From Pecten maximus (taxonomy: Eukaryota), in assembly GCF_902652985.1 (NCBI RefSeq), contig NC_047025.1, positions 33,108,001 to 33,172,000 of the forward strand: a stretch of DNA of 64,000 nt, in the 5' to 3' direction. The notes under the pieces were generated by a model, which did no database searches, was not told where the DNA came from, and worked only from the letters and a program-made list of their open reading frames with translations. Each line of letters begins with the position of its first letter. Within the stretch, counting starts at the first letter, position 1. Made by a program: the position numbers and the translations under genes. This document shows positions 39,501 to 51,771 of the stretch, in pieces.

Positions 39501-42500
39501 GAAATACGCATGGAGAATGAGATGTGGGTCAAGGATAACTGTGTCAAATGTCTGAAGGAAGAGATGACCAGTCTGAAGGAAGAAATCTGTGAAACAGAAA
39601 CCAGGCTTCGAGAGGAGGTCAGCACTCTTAAGGAAATCAAGGTCACACTAGAAGGTCAGCTTAACCAGAAAGCAACAATTCATCAAAGTGAAGTTGAACA
39701 GCTAAAGGCTGAACTAACCAGTAACAAAGAGAGGACAAGATCAGAAGAAGAGCAGTTGAAAGACGCCATTACAGAACTCCAAAGTCAATGTGAGGAGTAT
39801 AAGAATGAGATGGATAGGAACAAGATTGAATGTGACAGTAAAGTGCAGGGGCTGGAGGCTACAGCAAAGAGACAGCAAACCAAGTGGTCAGAAAAGGAGA
39901 CTGGTTTGAAGGAACAGGTAGCAGATCAGGAGAAGCTTTGTGCAGATCTCACTCAATCCCTTCAGAAGACAGAGACCGAAGTTACAACCTTGAAGGAGAA
40001 CTTGATTCAGGAGACAGCAACCAGATCAGATCTGGAACGACATCTGAAGTGCATAGAAAAGGATCTAGGGAAGGAAAAACAACTAAGTTGCACTCTCAAG
40101 AAAGACATAGAGGTCCAACAATCTGAGATATCGGATCTGAAGGCCTCTTTGTCACAGTCCAGTGGTGAACTGTCTCATCTCACAGAGTGTTTAGATCAAC
40201 AACACATGCAGCTTTCAAAAATGTCGGAGACCAAGGTATGCTTAGAAAAAAAGATCAGAGACACCGAGACTGAGTTGAAGAACAGTCAGAAGGCAAGTGC
40301 AAATAAGATTCAATGTCTCACTGAGGAGCTACAAAATCTTCAAAAAGAATCAACAGAGAAAGAAACAACCCTGAAAAAGGATCTTTCCAAGTCTCAAAAG
40401 GAGTGCGAGGGAGTTCTCAAACAACTGGAACAGCTTAAGGAACAGTTTCAGGTCAGTGTGCATAAGGGTACAAGTCTGGACAGCCGACTTAGCGACCTGA
40501 CACGGCAGATTCAGACGAGGAACGATGAAAATGGGGTCCTTACAAAAGAGGTGTCCCATTTACAGGAACAGGTTGAGGAACTCACTGGCCAAGTAGTCCT
40601 TGTCACAAAGGTGGCCGAAACAAAACAAGTCAGTAATGATGAGTTGACCCAAGAAAACAGAAACCTGTTAGATGAAGTGCAACAGCTGTCGACCAAGATC
40701 AACGAAGCAGTAGAAGACAAGGAGATGATATCTCAGGAAAAATCTGACACAATTTCATTGTTAGAGGCTTCTCTCTTAGAAAAGGACAATGATGTATCAA
40801 ACCTGAAAAAAATCAATTCTGAACTGAAAAGTCAAGTGTCAGAATTGGATCAGAAGGCCAGTAAACTAGAATTGATTACAAGAGACAAAGATATGGAGAT
40901 CTCATCTTGGAGTGATTGTATTTCTGAACGTGATGTTGTGATCTCAAATCTGACTGGAGATAAACAAGATCTGACTTTACGAGTTGATGCACTTTCATCA
41001 GAAAAAGAGTTGCTTCAGGAATCATGCAAGGAGAACTGTGAAAAGATTTCTTGTCTTGACAAACAGCTGTCCGATCTGAACACAAAGACATGCTTACTGG
41101 AAGAAGCGCTGGATGTCAAAAATGATGAGATTTCTTCTCTTGAATCGCTTGTATTGCAGCGTACACAGGAAAACAAATCAATTCAAAAACTGAATGATGT
41201 CAACCGTGATGAGATCTGTTCTCTGAATACAAAAGTGACAGAAAAAACACAAGACATTGAGAAGCTACAGGTGAAATGTGAAAAGTTAATGTCTGACATT
41301 CAAGTTCAAGAGCAGGAACGGAACACAGCACTGAGTGACAATAGTGATTTGACAGAAAAGTTGGAGTTGGTGACTGCAAAGTATGAGACTTCAATCGGTG
41401 AACTAAGATCAAAACTGGAGAAAACATTGAGTGACAATGAAGATTTGACTGAAAAGTTGGCATCCTTGGCAACAAAGTACGAAATTTCAGTCGGTGACCT
41501 CAGATCTGTGCAGGAGAAGGCATCAAGTGATAATGATGATTGGGTTGGGAAATGTGAGACTGTGAATGCCAAGTATGAAAGTTCAATCAGTGAGTTCAGA
41601 TGTAAATTGGAAAAAGCCTCGAGTGACAATCATGCTTTGGCAGAAAAATTAGAGTCTGTGACAGCCAAGTATGAAACTTCATTGAATGAACTTGTATCGG
41701 AGAAGGAGAAAGCTTTGAGTGACAATGATGTTTTGTCCGAAAAGTTAGAGTCTGTGACAGCCAGGTATGAAACTTCATTGAATGAACTTGTATCGGAGAA
41801 GGAGAAAGCTTTGAGTGACAATGATGTTTTGTCCGAAAAGTTAGAGTCTGTGACAGCCAGGTATGAAACGTCATTTAATGAACTTTTATCAGAGAAGGAG
41901 AAAGCTTTGAGTGACAACGATGTTTTGTCCGAAAAGTTAGAGTCTGTGACAGCCAGGTATGAAACTTCATTGAATGAACTTTTATCAGAGAAGGAGAAAG
42001 CTTGGAGTGACAATGATGTTTTGTCCGAAACGTTAGAGTCTGTGACAGCCAGGTATGAAACTTCATTGAATGAACTTGTATCAGAGAAGGAGAAAGCTTT
42101 GAGTGACAATGATGCTTTGTCCGAAAAGTTAGAGTCTGTGACAGCCAGGTATGAAACGTCATTGAATGAACTTATATCAGAGAAGGAGAAAGCTTCGAAT
42201 GACAATGATATTTTGGCCAAAAAATTAGAGTCTGTGACAGCCAGGTATGAAAGTTCAGTCAGTGATTTAAGTTGTAAACTGGCAAAGGCTTCAGGTGAAA
42301 ATGATGTTCTATCCAAAAAGTTGGATTCAGTTACAGCCCAGTATCAGACCTCGATAGCTGAGATGAAAGATCAAATGAAATCAGACTGTGATGCTTTTGT
42401 CAAAAGTCATGAAGATAAAATGAGAGATTTTGTCAAAGATATGACATCTACAAACCAAGAGCTCAAGGAAGCAGGGGAGAAACGTCGTGCACTGGAACAA

Positions 42501-45500
42501 ACAATTCTGGAACTGAACCAAAGACTGACTATTCAGCAAGACAGCAAAGACAGAGTCATTCTGGAGGCAAAGATTGCACAAATAGAGTCAGAACTTAAGC
42601 AGAAAACAGACTTACTGGAACAGGTTCGTATGAACTGTCAGCAGACGATGGAAGAAAGTGAGCAGTACTGGCGATCACAGTTAACACAACTGGAGAGTGA
42701 GTACCATAAGGCAACGGAGGAGCAGACTCAACAGTACCGTGACCAGTTGACGAGTCAGGAACAGAGCTTCCAAACACGATGCCAGGCCCTCGTGCACGAA
42801 AAAGAGATGATTGCAGTCAGTCAGAAAGCAGCACTGCAAGATCGAATAACACACATGGAGAAAAAATTAGAAAAGAAACAAAACGAATTAATAGATTTGG
42901 ATAAGAAACACAAAACAGAAAACTGTGCAATTATGGAAAAAATGAAGTCAGACTATCAGGCTAAAATTGATCAGATTCAAGACTTGCTGACATCAGAGAC
43001 ACAAAATCAAAAAGAACTGGCAAATAAATTGCACAGTCAGCAATCTAGGTGCGATGAACTGGAAAAAGCTATGAGAGAAATGAAACTAAGTTGTGACGTC
43101 AGTATGGCAAACCAGAGCACAAATCACACTGAGGAACTGAACAGTCTCCGTCACGAGTTCAAATCGAAGTTATCAGATTTTCAGCAGGAGAGTAGACAAC
43201 TGCTGGAGCAGGAACAAAGCCGGACAGCAGCAGCTAATAGTCAGTGTTCTGAACTGAGTAACAAGCTAGACGAGGCCACAAGGGAAATCACGAAATACAG
43301 GAGACAGGTCAGCATCAATTAGAATACTAATTGATTTAATCACCATTGGTACATTTTATAGCTACTGAATATGCTTTTTTGAGATCATTTTTGGTTTACA
43401 CAAAATTTAAATAGCCTGGCCCAATGCTCAAGAAACAACAAGTATAAAATTAGTCCTCTCTTTTTTTTCATGATTCCAGTAGCTGGTAGAAGCAATGAAA
43501 TTCTTAACCGTGTGTTTTAAATTAATCAAAATTTTAATAACTACTATTTTCAAGAATGAATAAACCGTTTTAGGCATATGATTCTAATTTTTTTTTTTTT
43601 ACTTGTCATTCTTTATTCAAGGTTGAAAACATGAAGGAAAACTCTGAGCTGACTTTACAACAGTGGCAATTGAAGGTTGCCGAGGTGAAAGGTGCTAAGG
43701 ATGCAGAGGAGGAGGCACTTCGTGTAGAACTTTCCAGACTTGAGGATCAGTGCTCAAATACTAATGCTGAGATAAGTCAGGTAATTTTGTGTTCATAATT
43801 GAGTGAGTTTTAAAAATTTAACGTGTATTAAAATGACAATGTTAAGCTTATGGTTGAATGTTTTCCAGCTTAAGATTGAATAAGACTTTGATGGGTGATT
43901 TATCTTATAGGTATTAATTTACTCCTCATTTAGTGTTTCGGTAAAGAAAGGTGTATGATTGAAAAACATATTATTTTTTAATTTCAGTTTTTGTAACAAT
44001 GATATATAAATTGTAAATATGCTTTCTTGATCGTTGCAGTTAAATGCCAGAATAAAAGAAATGGAAAGTAAAGAAGCCAAGTTACAGCAGACAATAGACA
44101 ACTATCGTGTCCATTACAACAAGAAGAAGGAAGTCATTGATCTTCTTAACAAAGAAGTTGATGTAAACTTGAAGGTCGGCAAGGAGTTCCAGAAAAAGTC
44201 TCTCGACCTTTCCCAGGAGGTCAAAAGACTCAAGGTTAGTGAAAGAAACTGCTTTAAATATATAGCATGATGATAGGAGAATGTGGAGGCAAAAATCACC
44301 TGCTTTCTTGCACATCTGTATATAGTGACTTGATTATCCGACTATTCAAACTCAAAGCCATATTGGATAACTTTTTAGTGTTCCATGGATGTGCTATAAA
44401 CAAATCACACAAAATGTCAACTAATTGTGTCTGTTGATCATAATTTGCAGCATTAACCACCTTGTTTCTGTTGACATTTTGTCTGGGTTTTTTTTCTTCT
44501 CAGCCAGATGAAATACAAATTTAACATGAATATCATGTCATGACTAGATTCCTGGCAATATGGGTATCAATAACAGCATCTTATTTCATGCATCAATAGA
44601 GTAATGCATTAAAAAATTATTGGACTGAAATTTTTCTATGAAATGTTATTAAATTAAATTCAAACTGACTTGTTTATGACTCTAATTAGGGCATTCTACA
44701 AACGGAAAAGACCCAACAGCAAGGCCTGGAGGATAAGCTAGAAAAGGAGAAGGTCAACAACAAAACACTGTGTAAGTAATATCACACGTCTGTAGATTAA
44801 CCATGGTGCTGTTAACGTATAAAATTGTGGATCCGCAAAGTGTTCAAATAATAATAAACAGTGAAATTTCCTGATGACATTCATCACCATTTTGAATGTC
44901 AGAGATGGATTTTAAATCCTGCAAATTACTTGAATAAGCAGGATGTATTTTAGATTTTCCTTGATTTTTTCCACTTATGAGAGATTTGAATGTTTGATAA
45001 CAAGTTGTCAAAGAGATCTCGTGGATTCTTGAATGCTGAAAAAAAATAGACCAGAGTTTAGATTGTAAACAGATTTATAATGCAGCAATAAACATGACTC
45101 CATTTTAGGCAAACAGGTGGTAGAACTGAAAGCTGAGCTAAAGGCTACAAACAAACAAGTGCAGACGTTGCGTACCCAACTAGACATCACCAGCACCCAT
45201 TATATAGGCGACAACAGCGACTTTGTGAAGACCTGTTTAAACCATAAAGACGATGACATGATGAGCCAACGGCAAAGGTATGCTGGCTTATACCCTAAAT
45301 AGTATGTCTTGTTCATAGGGACTGTTTAATTTGCTTATACCCATTAATCTATCTAATATGAGTTTAGTATGATTAGACTTTTGGTTTCTCCTGTGTTACT
45401 GACACACAACAGGCCAACACCCAGGCCATTTCCGTTTTTGCGGTCCAAATGGTTAGACCACTTGAACCGGTGTTGTTAGTTTTTGAAATAAAGACCGACC

Positions 45501-48500
45501 TGGTGATTTTATATTGTTTTCAAACGAGCCTTGACAAAGACTTCCATGGCCTGTATTAGTATTTGCAGATCCGTCAAGATGTATGTTTGAAATATTACAT
45601 TTATCTGCATAAACGAACAGGCCCCCATATTGTCAGGTGGTAGTTTGAAGAGACATGGCCCTTCAGGAAATCTCTTAATTTTCCAGAAAAACATTTTTGG
45701 ATTTAAGAAAGGTTCTTTTAGTAATTAAGAGGAAATGGTTCATCATTGAGACAACCTATTTGCATAAATGTGTTATCAGGAATGTTTCTTAAGCCCGTAC
45801 TTGAAACTTTATTCTGAGTTTTTAATTTAGTTGACAAACTCAGTAGTCTGTGTATTGTATATTGTAACACAAAGTGTTCACATCTTTCTCTCTCTCTCTC
45901 TGATCGATGATTGTTTGATTTATTCAGTAGTTCTTCGGAGGAGGAGGCACCCCGGAGACGATCCTCTCGAATTCGCCTGGCAAGCTTGGATCAAAGTGTG
46001 ATCAGCACGGACTCTGGTCGTTCGATTGCTTCTCTTCCAAGTAAGTTAACTGTAAAGCCGCTTCAAGAAAACAAACTCTACAACCTTGTCTCATTGACAT
46101 TATGGATGGTTCTATATCCTTTCTCCTTCAGTAGATCTGTAGCCTCATCCTTGTATTAGTTCAGTAGTAGCTCTCAAGGCTTTCCAGTAAAACATCTACC
46201 CCACCCGAGGACTCCCAAGCTTGGTTAAGGGTACCACCTATAGAATTCATTTAATAAATTACAATAAGTGTACTTTGAAGTAAAAGGAAGGCAATCCAAC
46301 CATGGATAGAAGTGATTTATTATGGAGTCCTGAGGTCAGGTAGATAATTTAATGGAATAGCGCTCATGGTCGTCTTGGGGACAATCAGATCATTCTGTAC
46401 CAGATCTCATCTATGAATCCCTTTATATCAACTTTTTTAAATGACCAAAACTTTCCTAAAAAAAATGAACTATTTCACATTTGGTGGTTACTTTTGGTAC
46501 ATAGGAATTAAAGATTCACAAGATACACATGTTTTTTCTTTGTTTGATTCTAGATATTATTTGTTTAAATGGGTTTATTTTATTTTAAAATGCCATATCA
46601 TTAGATGAGCTATTAATGGACACAACAACTTCTTTCATTTGAATGGTAGGGGGTACAGCCAAATTATTTGCAATGGAAGATGAGCCTGCTGACTTAGAAT
46701 GGAAGAGGTTTAGTGAGCTTCAGAGGCGCAATACACTTCAGCTGCCCCACAATCGGACCACCTACCCTGTGGAGATGCAGCAATATGGAGAGAACTCTGT
46801 CAGGGAAAGTCTAGCGTTTTCCACTGGTGGTTCACAGGGTAGTGGACGAAAGAGAAAGCAGGAGAGCTCCAGTGATGAAGGAGAATCATCTAAACTGGTA
46901 ATTACACTAATATGTAATGGTATTTACTAAAGCGATGAAGGATCAAAGATTTGGAATTGTCATAGCATACTGATTCATGGTGGTTCTTGTAAAATATTGA
47001 CCAACAAGAGGACTCCAGGGTCGGTTTCTTCTTTGCTTTTCAAACGATTGAGCCAAGTGGACCAGAATTGTCTTTAAATTAAAAACAGACCTGATTTTAT
47101 GTTATTTTCTGACGAGCCTTGACAAAGACTTTCAAGGCCTGATTTTACATCTGAATGTTCCACAAGATATATGTCTGAAATATAACATTTAAAACTGAAG
47201 ATTTTTTTTTTTTCTGCATAAACATACAGGCCCCAGGTATCAAACAGAGACCAACAAAGGAAGTGTTTTTTAACTACAACAGAACCATTGATAATCCATA
47301 TTTTCTCCGGGGCTTACCATGAATAAAATTTCTTTGTTCTGGACTCCTCTATATTTTATTGATATAGAAAGAGGCTTGAATACTTGTGTCAAAACAAAGA
47401 GAACACTATTGAAAACTATATTATTTCACAATTTTCACAAATCACAGCTTTCTTAATTACATTTGTTTTTAAATTTCATATTTTTAATAGTGAAGCAATT
47501 TTTTACATGAATATCTCTGTTGCATTTGTAATGATTATGTCAATTTTGTAACTATTTTAGCAATCAAGGCATGGCATTGCGTACCAGAAACCTGGTCCAC
47601 CCACACCAGGTAACTCCAATAGCATGCGGAGAAACTCTAAGGGCACACCACGTTACAACCTTCGTTCACCTCGAACCCCAATTGGTAACTCCAGATCAAA
47701 ACGAACACCAAAAAGATCTGTCAATGCTGAAAATGAACCCACATCCTTAAGAAAAGTATGATGATTTTTCTATTTGTTGTCTAATGCAATGCAAACATAA
47801 ATTAGTAAAATTCAGGCGCTTTTTGCCTCGCCTGCGACAAAGCCACGAAGAGAGACTATATATATGATATTACTAGGGATGTTGGGAATCTGAACTTTTG
47901 TGTTTACTTAGTTCCTCAAAAAGTATCAATGTTATTTCAACCAAACCTGGAATATAGTTGCATTGCAGTATAGACATCTCAACACACCCTACAGATTATA
48001 TGAGTTCTAAATTTTTCTTTATTTAAAGAAATTGATGTAAAATCTTTATTGCTTTTCCAATTGGTTTAGCCAAATTGGACGCTTGTTTATAATGTATGTA
48101 GGGTGCATCCATACTATTATGTGTTTTTTTTTTTTTTTTTTTGTAAGTACTGAAATTTTGGTGAACTTTGGAGTTTGCTTAAAACTTACTGTATTGACAA
48201 AGTGGGACGGGTGTAATTACATGTAATTCTTGTTATATATGCAAACAGTCCTTTTTAAGGATATCTCATAAAGACACAGACTAGACTGACAAACCCTCCA
48301 ACAACTGTTGATCATTGATAAAATGTTTTCCATTTGTTTCAGTCAGCAAAGAAGTGGTTAAATACTACTGCCTTCAACATAATGAATACACCAAACAAGA
48401 AAATGCGTGGGAACTCCGTCTCATCAGCGACAAAAAGCGCTTCCAAGGTTCGTAATCTTGTCAAACTCTTTGAGGAGGATTCAAATATACCTGACAAAAA

Positions 48501-48603
48501 GAAATACACTATTGCCACACCTATCAAAGCTATCGGTAAAATCATCAATTCCATGTCCACCCCAAAAAGGTCCAACAAAATAGACCCAGGTTTAGTCAGT
48601 TAG
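30545..48603 (+). CDS. NUMA1: Nuclear mitotic apparatus protein (NuMA/Mud/LIN-5 family), ~2450 aa, ~23 coding exons
   Basis: Phase-consistent GT-AG exons: 30545-30580, 31184-31269, 31629-31693, 32033-32142, 32738-32930, 33837-33944, 35447-35518, 35672-35838, 36229-36352, 36647-36764, 37105-37210, 37526-37757, 38075-38247, 38656-38952, 39261-43307, 43622-43780, 44040-44234, 44690-44771, 45109-45277, 45928-46040, 46650-46897, 47561-47755, 48343-48603. N-terminal Hook/CH-like domain (ALINW|VNAL..DLADG..ELAK), long coiled coil, NLM motif FAMEDEP..WKRFSELQRRNTLQLPHNRTTYPVE, YQKPGPPTP and AFNIMNTP. Confidence 0.88.
32319..32517. repeat. 28-bp minisatellite, 7 copies, in a NuMA intron
   Basis: Unit atccaattaatgatagcctatatcctac. 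Confidence 0.95.
39261..43307 (+). CDS. NUMA1: NuMA giant coiled-coil exon (4047 bp, 1349 codons)
   Basis: Acceptor ccttacag ending at 39260, donor gtcagc at 43308. Uninterrupted E/K/L/Q-rich heptad sequence. Confidence 0.92.
41334..42360 (+). repeat. Coding 96-bp (32-aa) tandem repeat, ~11 units, inside the NuMA coiled coil
   Basis: Units start at 41334, 41430, 41526, 41622 ... 42294. Consensus SDNDVLSEKLESVTARYETSLNELVSEKEKAL. Confidence 0.95.
45405..45627. repeat. Diverged ~220-bp dispersed repeat, copy 1 (copy 2 at ~47003-47235)
   Basis: Shared blocks acgagccttgacaaagactt, caagat.tatgt.tgaaatat.acattt and tctgcataaac..acaggcccc. Confidence 0.7.
46650..46897 (+). CDS. NUMA1: NuMA exon encoding the NLM (NuMA/LIN-5/Mud) motif
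   Basis: GTAKLFAMEDEPADLEWKRFSELQRRNTLQLPHNRTTYPVEMQ resembles human NuMA RIAELQQRNRVCPPHLKTCYPLE. Followed by the basic NLS-like GRKRK. Confidence 0.88.
47003..47235. repeat. Diverged ~220-bp dispersed repeat, copy 2
   Basis: Same shared blocks as 45405-45627. Confidence 0.7.
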
Positions 48604-50998
48604 CAGTAGTTATGTAGTAGACAGCATCCCTTCCTGGGGTCAAAGCTGCTTTTTATTGATGTCTATTTAATTTGTACTTTTAACAGTATTTTAAATGTGT
48701 ACAAGTGAGTGAGATGTGGTGTGATACTTTTAACTTATTGAAGAGTTATTATGATCTATATTATTGTATAGGTATTTATTCACACATCATTTAATACTGG
48801 TTTGTACAGTTTCTGTATGTATATATTGACGTTTTAACGTTCCTTGTCTGTTTAATACAAATTTGAAATAACTTTCAGTTCAATATACCGTCATGGATAC
48901 AAATTAACAATATAAAGTTATGTGTCTGCAGATTTTTATTAGACCAGATGTTGTATATTTAAATTACATACATGTCCTTTAAAGTCAAAGTCACATTTGA
49001 TCAGAATTTTAAAGGCAAGTTTATCCATTATCAATGATCTCTAATAACACATGTAAAATATTAATAACAAGGAAACAATGTAGTAAACCTACCTGTTTGA
49101 GTTTGGTGAGATTTGAACATTTCAAATGTAAATTTAAATCAGCTTGTGATCATATAAATGTTTCGACAGACATGTTAAGTCCCTGCATGGAAATCATGAA
49201 ATTTCGTATAAATGTCCTTGAATTGATGTCTTTGACATTAGAATAAGAAAAAAATGTTGGTCTTGGTGATTTATCCAATATTTGTTTTGAAACTAGTCAT
49301 AATAAATTATATTTATGACAGACATGAACATTTCAGATGCATTTTGTATTTACATTTTTATGATTAGGAAATTATTTTAAATCCAACAATACTTTGGAAA
49401 GTGTGTTTCATAACACTCATTTTCACCGTGAAGTTGGTCACTGTCCCTGAAAAATCTTCAAACTTAATGACTCCAAGAAGTTGTATTAACAATGTACACA
49501 CGGATGGCTGAAGAAAATGAGTTTTGATACATTTTAATCAGCTGTAGATAATTTCTGTTGAACAGCACTATGTGTAAGATTATAATCAGCGTTTCCAGTT
49601 TTTTGACTGGTTACTTTTCAATTTTAATGCTCATTGATTCAGTATAGAATGTTTTCAGACAATGGTATGAGATCAGGATACTTTCTGAAAATTGAAATTA
49701 TAGGATTAGTATAAATATATTGTAAGGAATATTGATATATTTTAAATATTTTAATTTATATCATTTGGTATTAATAAAGATTAGCAATTAAACTGTATGG
49801 AGTGCTATTCACTACACTGAACAGGTTACTTATTACAAAGTGCTAGGTATTAGATAATACTAGATGTTTTAAGAAATCAGTAAAGGTAATTTATATTGTA
49901 TCAATCAAGAAGTAATATTGCTATTTTTGGGCGTGTACCTGGTAGTAATCTGCATGCTTTCCCATTGTATGTTTACCCAAGAACACTCCTTTTTCTGAAG
50001 GAAAACTTTTTTTTTTTAACTGTGTGTGTGTGTGTTACAGTAAAACTCTTAATATCCATGTTTTAAACATTCTAATTAGCCTTCATGAAATTCAAAATTG
50101 TGTTGATGTCTTATTTTGTGTACAAAATAAAGGTATGTAAATGTACCATTGTAAGTTTGAATGTGCACACTCTCCTCCAAGGAATTCCTAAACATTGGCA
50201 GTATTACATGCCTATTGTGAAGTTATTTACATTCTGCCCTGCCTATTTTTCTGTCTCTTTGTTGTCGTTGACACAGCTACAGCAATTTTTTACATGGTAT
50301 GTCATTTATTTTTGAAGTTTTGTTTCTAGCACAAGTTATTTTTACAACCTAAATCTCCATTTTGATGACATCACTGTTACGTCTCTGCCACTGTAACATC
50401 CTTGTGGGCAGCTATGGGGTGTTTTTTCTGTGTTAAGTTTGATATCTGCACTTGTTTAATTAACATGATACTTACTGCCATTATACAGGTTTGAGAAACC
50501 CTCAAATCTGTGAATTCTTGTCAACATATCAATTATGGGTTTTATCATGTCCCAAGTCATCTTATTTGTGTCTGACTTTTTCTCAAAACTAACAATAAAA
50601 TAATACATCACAGCACTTCTTTGCATGTTTGTCCACTCCAGGTAATATTGACCTGGCAAAATCTTTTGTTGTTGTTTTTTTGGAAAAAGTGATTTTGAAA
50701 TTGAAAGTTGTGGTGTATGGGAATGTCAAATTGCATACATTTCAATCTCTAATCTATAAACAACATTGTTCCTATAATTACTATGTGACTTTGATAGTGT
50801 GATTTTTTACCTTGAATCATTTAATATTTTAATACCTATGGTATTACCAGGCACCAGTACCACTTTTTTTATGATTAGAATACTTATTATTGATTGTGGT
50901 GCATGTATTAACATACTTTGCTTGCTTCACCTGTTTTTAGAACTTTGAAAGCTTCTGCAAAATTTGCTCTAATATCTTATTTTTTCTTATTTTTTCAG

Positions 50999-51049
50999 GG
51001 ATCTCGAAAGCCCCTAGGAAACAAAAACTTTTTACAGACCGGCGTTTAA
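50999..51049 (+). CDS. NUMA1: Candidate alternative terminal exon of NuMA (GSRKPLGNKNFLQTGV*)
   Basis: Strong acceptor tttttcttatttttttcag ending at 50998, in frame with the phase-0 donor AAG|gttcgt at 48447/48448. Downstream ATTAAA/AATAAA at ~51265/51344. Confidence 0.55.
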   Translation, partial: GSRKPLGNKNFLQTGV

Positions 51050-51771
51050 ACCAGTGTACAGATGTGGTTGTGATTGTAGCAAGCAACTAATTACAAATAT
51101 CTGTGTAAAGACTAGGTTGTGAAAGAAATCAAACATCAACCGTTATCAGTCAGAGGTTTAATGAGGACACATAATTTTAACAAACTTTTGGCTGGCTTGC
51201 TTGTGTTTGAATTATATAGACTTTACGCTGAACATACCTTTTATTTATTTTCGGAATGATTTATATTAAAAGATTAAAAGATGGAATATTTGTTAAGTTG
51301 TTTTTATATCTATCCATCATTTTGAGTACTGCATTCATCCTGCAATAAACCCCCTCCCCTAGTAAAATGTTTAGTTATGATGTTTGGGGAGGGCTTACTT
51401 GTTAGCTTTGTTTTGGTTTGATACTGTTTTAAAATTGAAGCCGTTGGATTTCTTCTTCTCATGTTCTTTTAAATACACACAATCCATGTGATATTTACAT
51501 AAATTCAAAGTTCAAAACATAAAAAATCCCCCAAAAATATCTCGGACTAACTATTATAGATGGAACTACATTTTGTTTGTGTTGTTGTTAAGACGGTTGC
51601 TAAGAATGTGCCAAGACTTGTCTAACACTTTCCAGCAAAAATGACTGTTCTCTCCGTCACTCCCAGGTAAAACATAAAAAAAAAAAAAATTAGTTTTTAT
51701 TATTGCGTGCTTTAACTGGTAAAAAAATCATTTAATTTTTTTAACATTTTTTTAAGTCATAACAGCATTGG

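Noticed and set aside
41306-42316. Antisense ORFs (228, 107, 95, 92 aa) over the NuMA repeat
   Set aside because: Shadows of the 96-bp coding repeat; no splice or start context.
47108-47145. Hammerhead ribozyme-like CTGACGA + stem
   Set aside because: The stem is followed by CTGA rather than GAAA, stems I/III were not found, and the second copy lacks CTGA.
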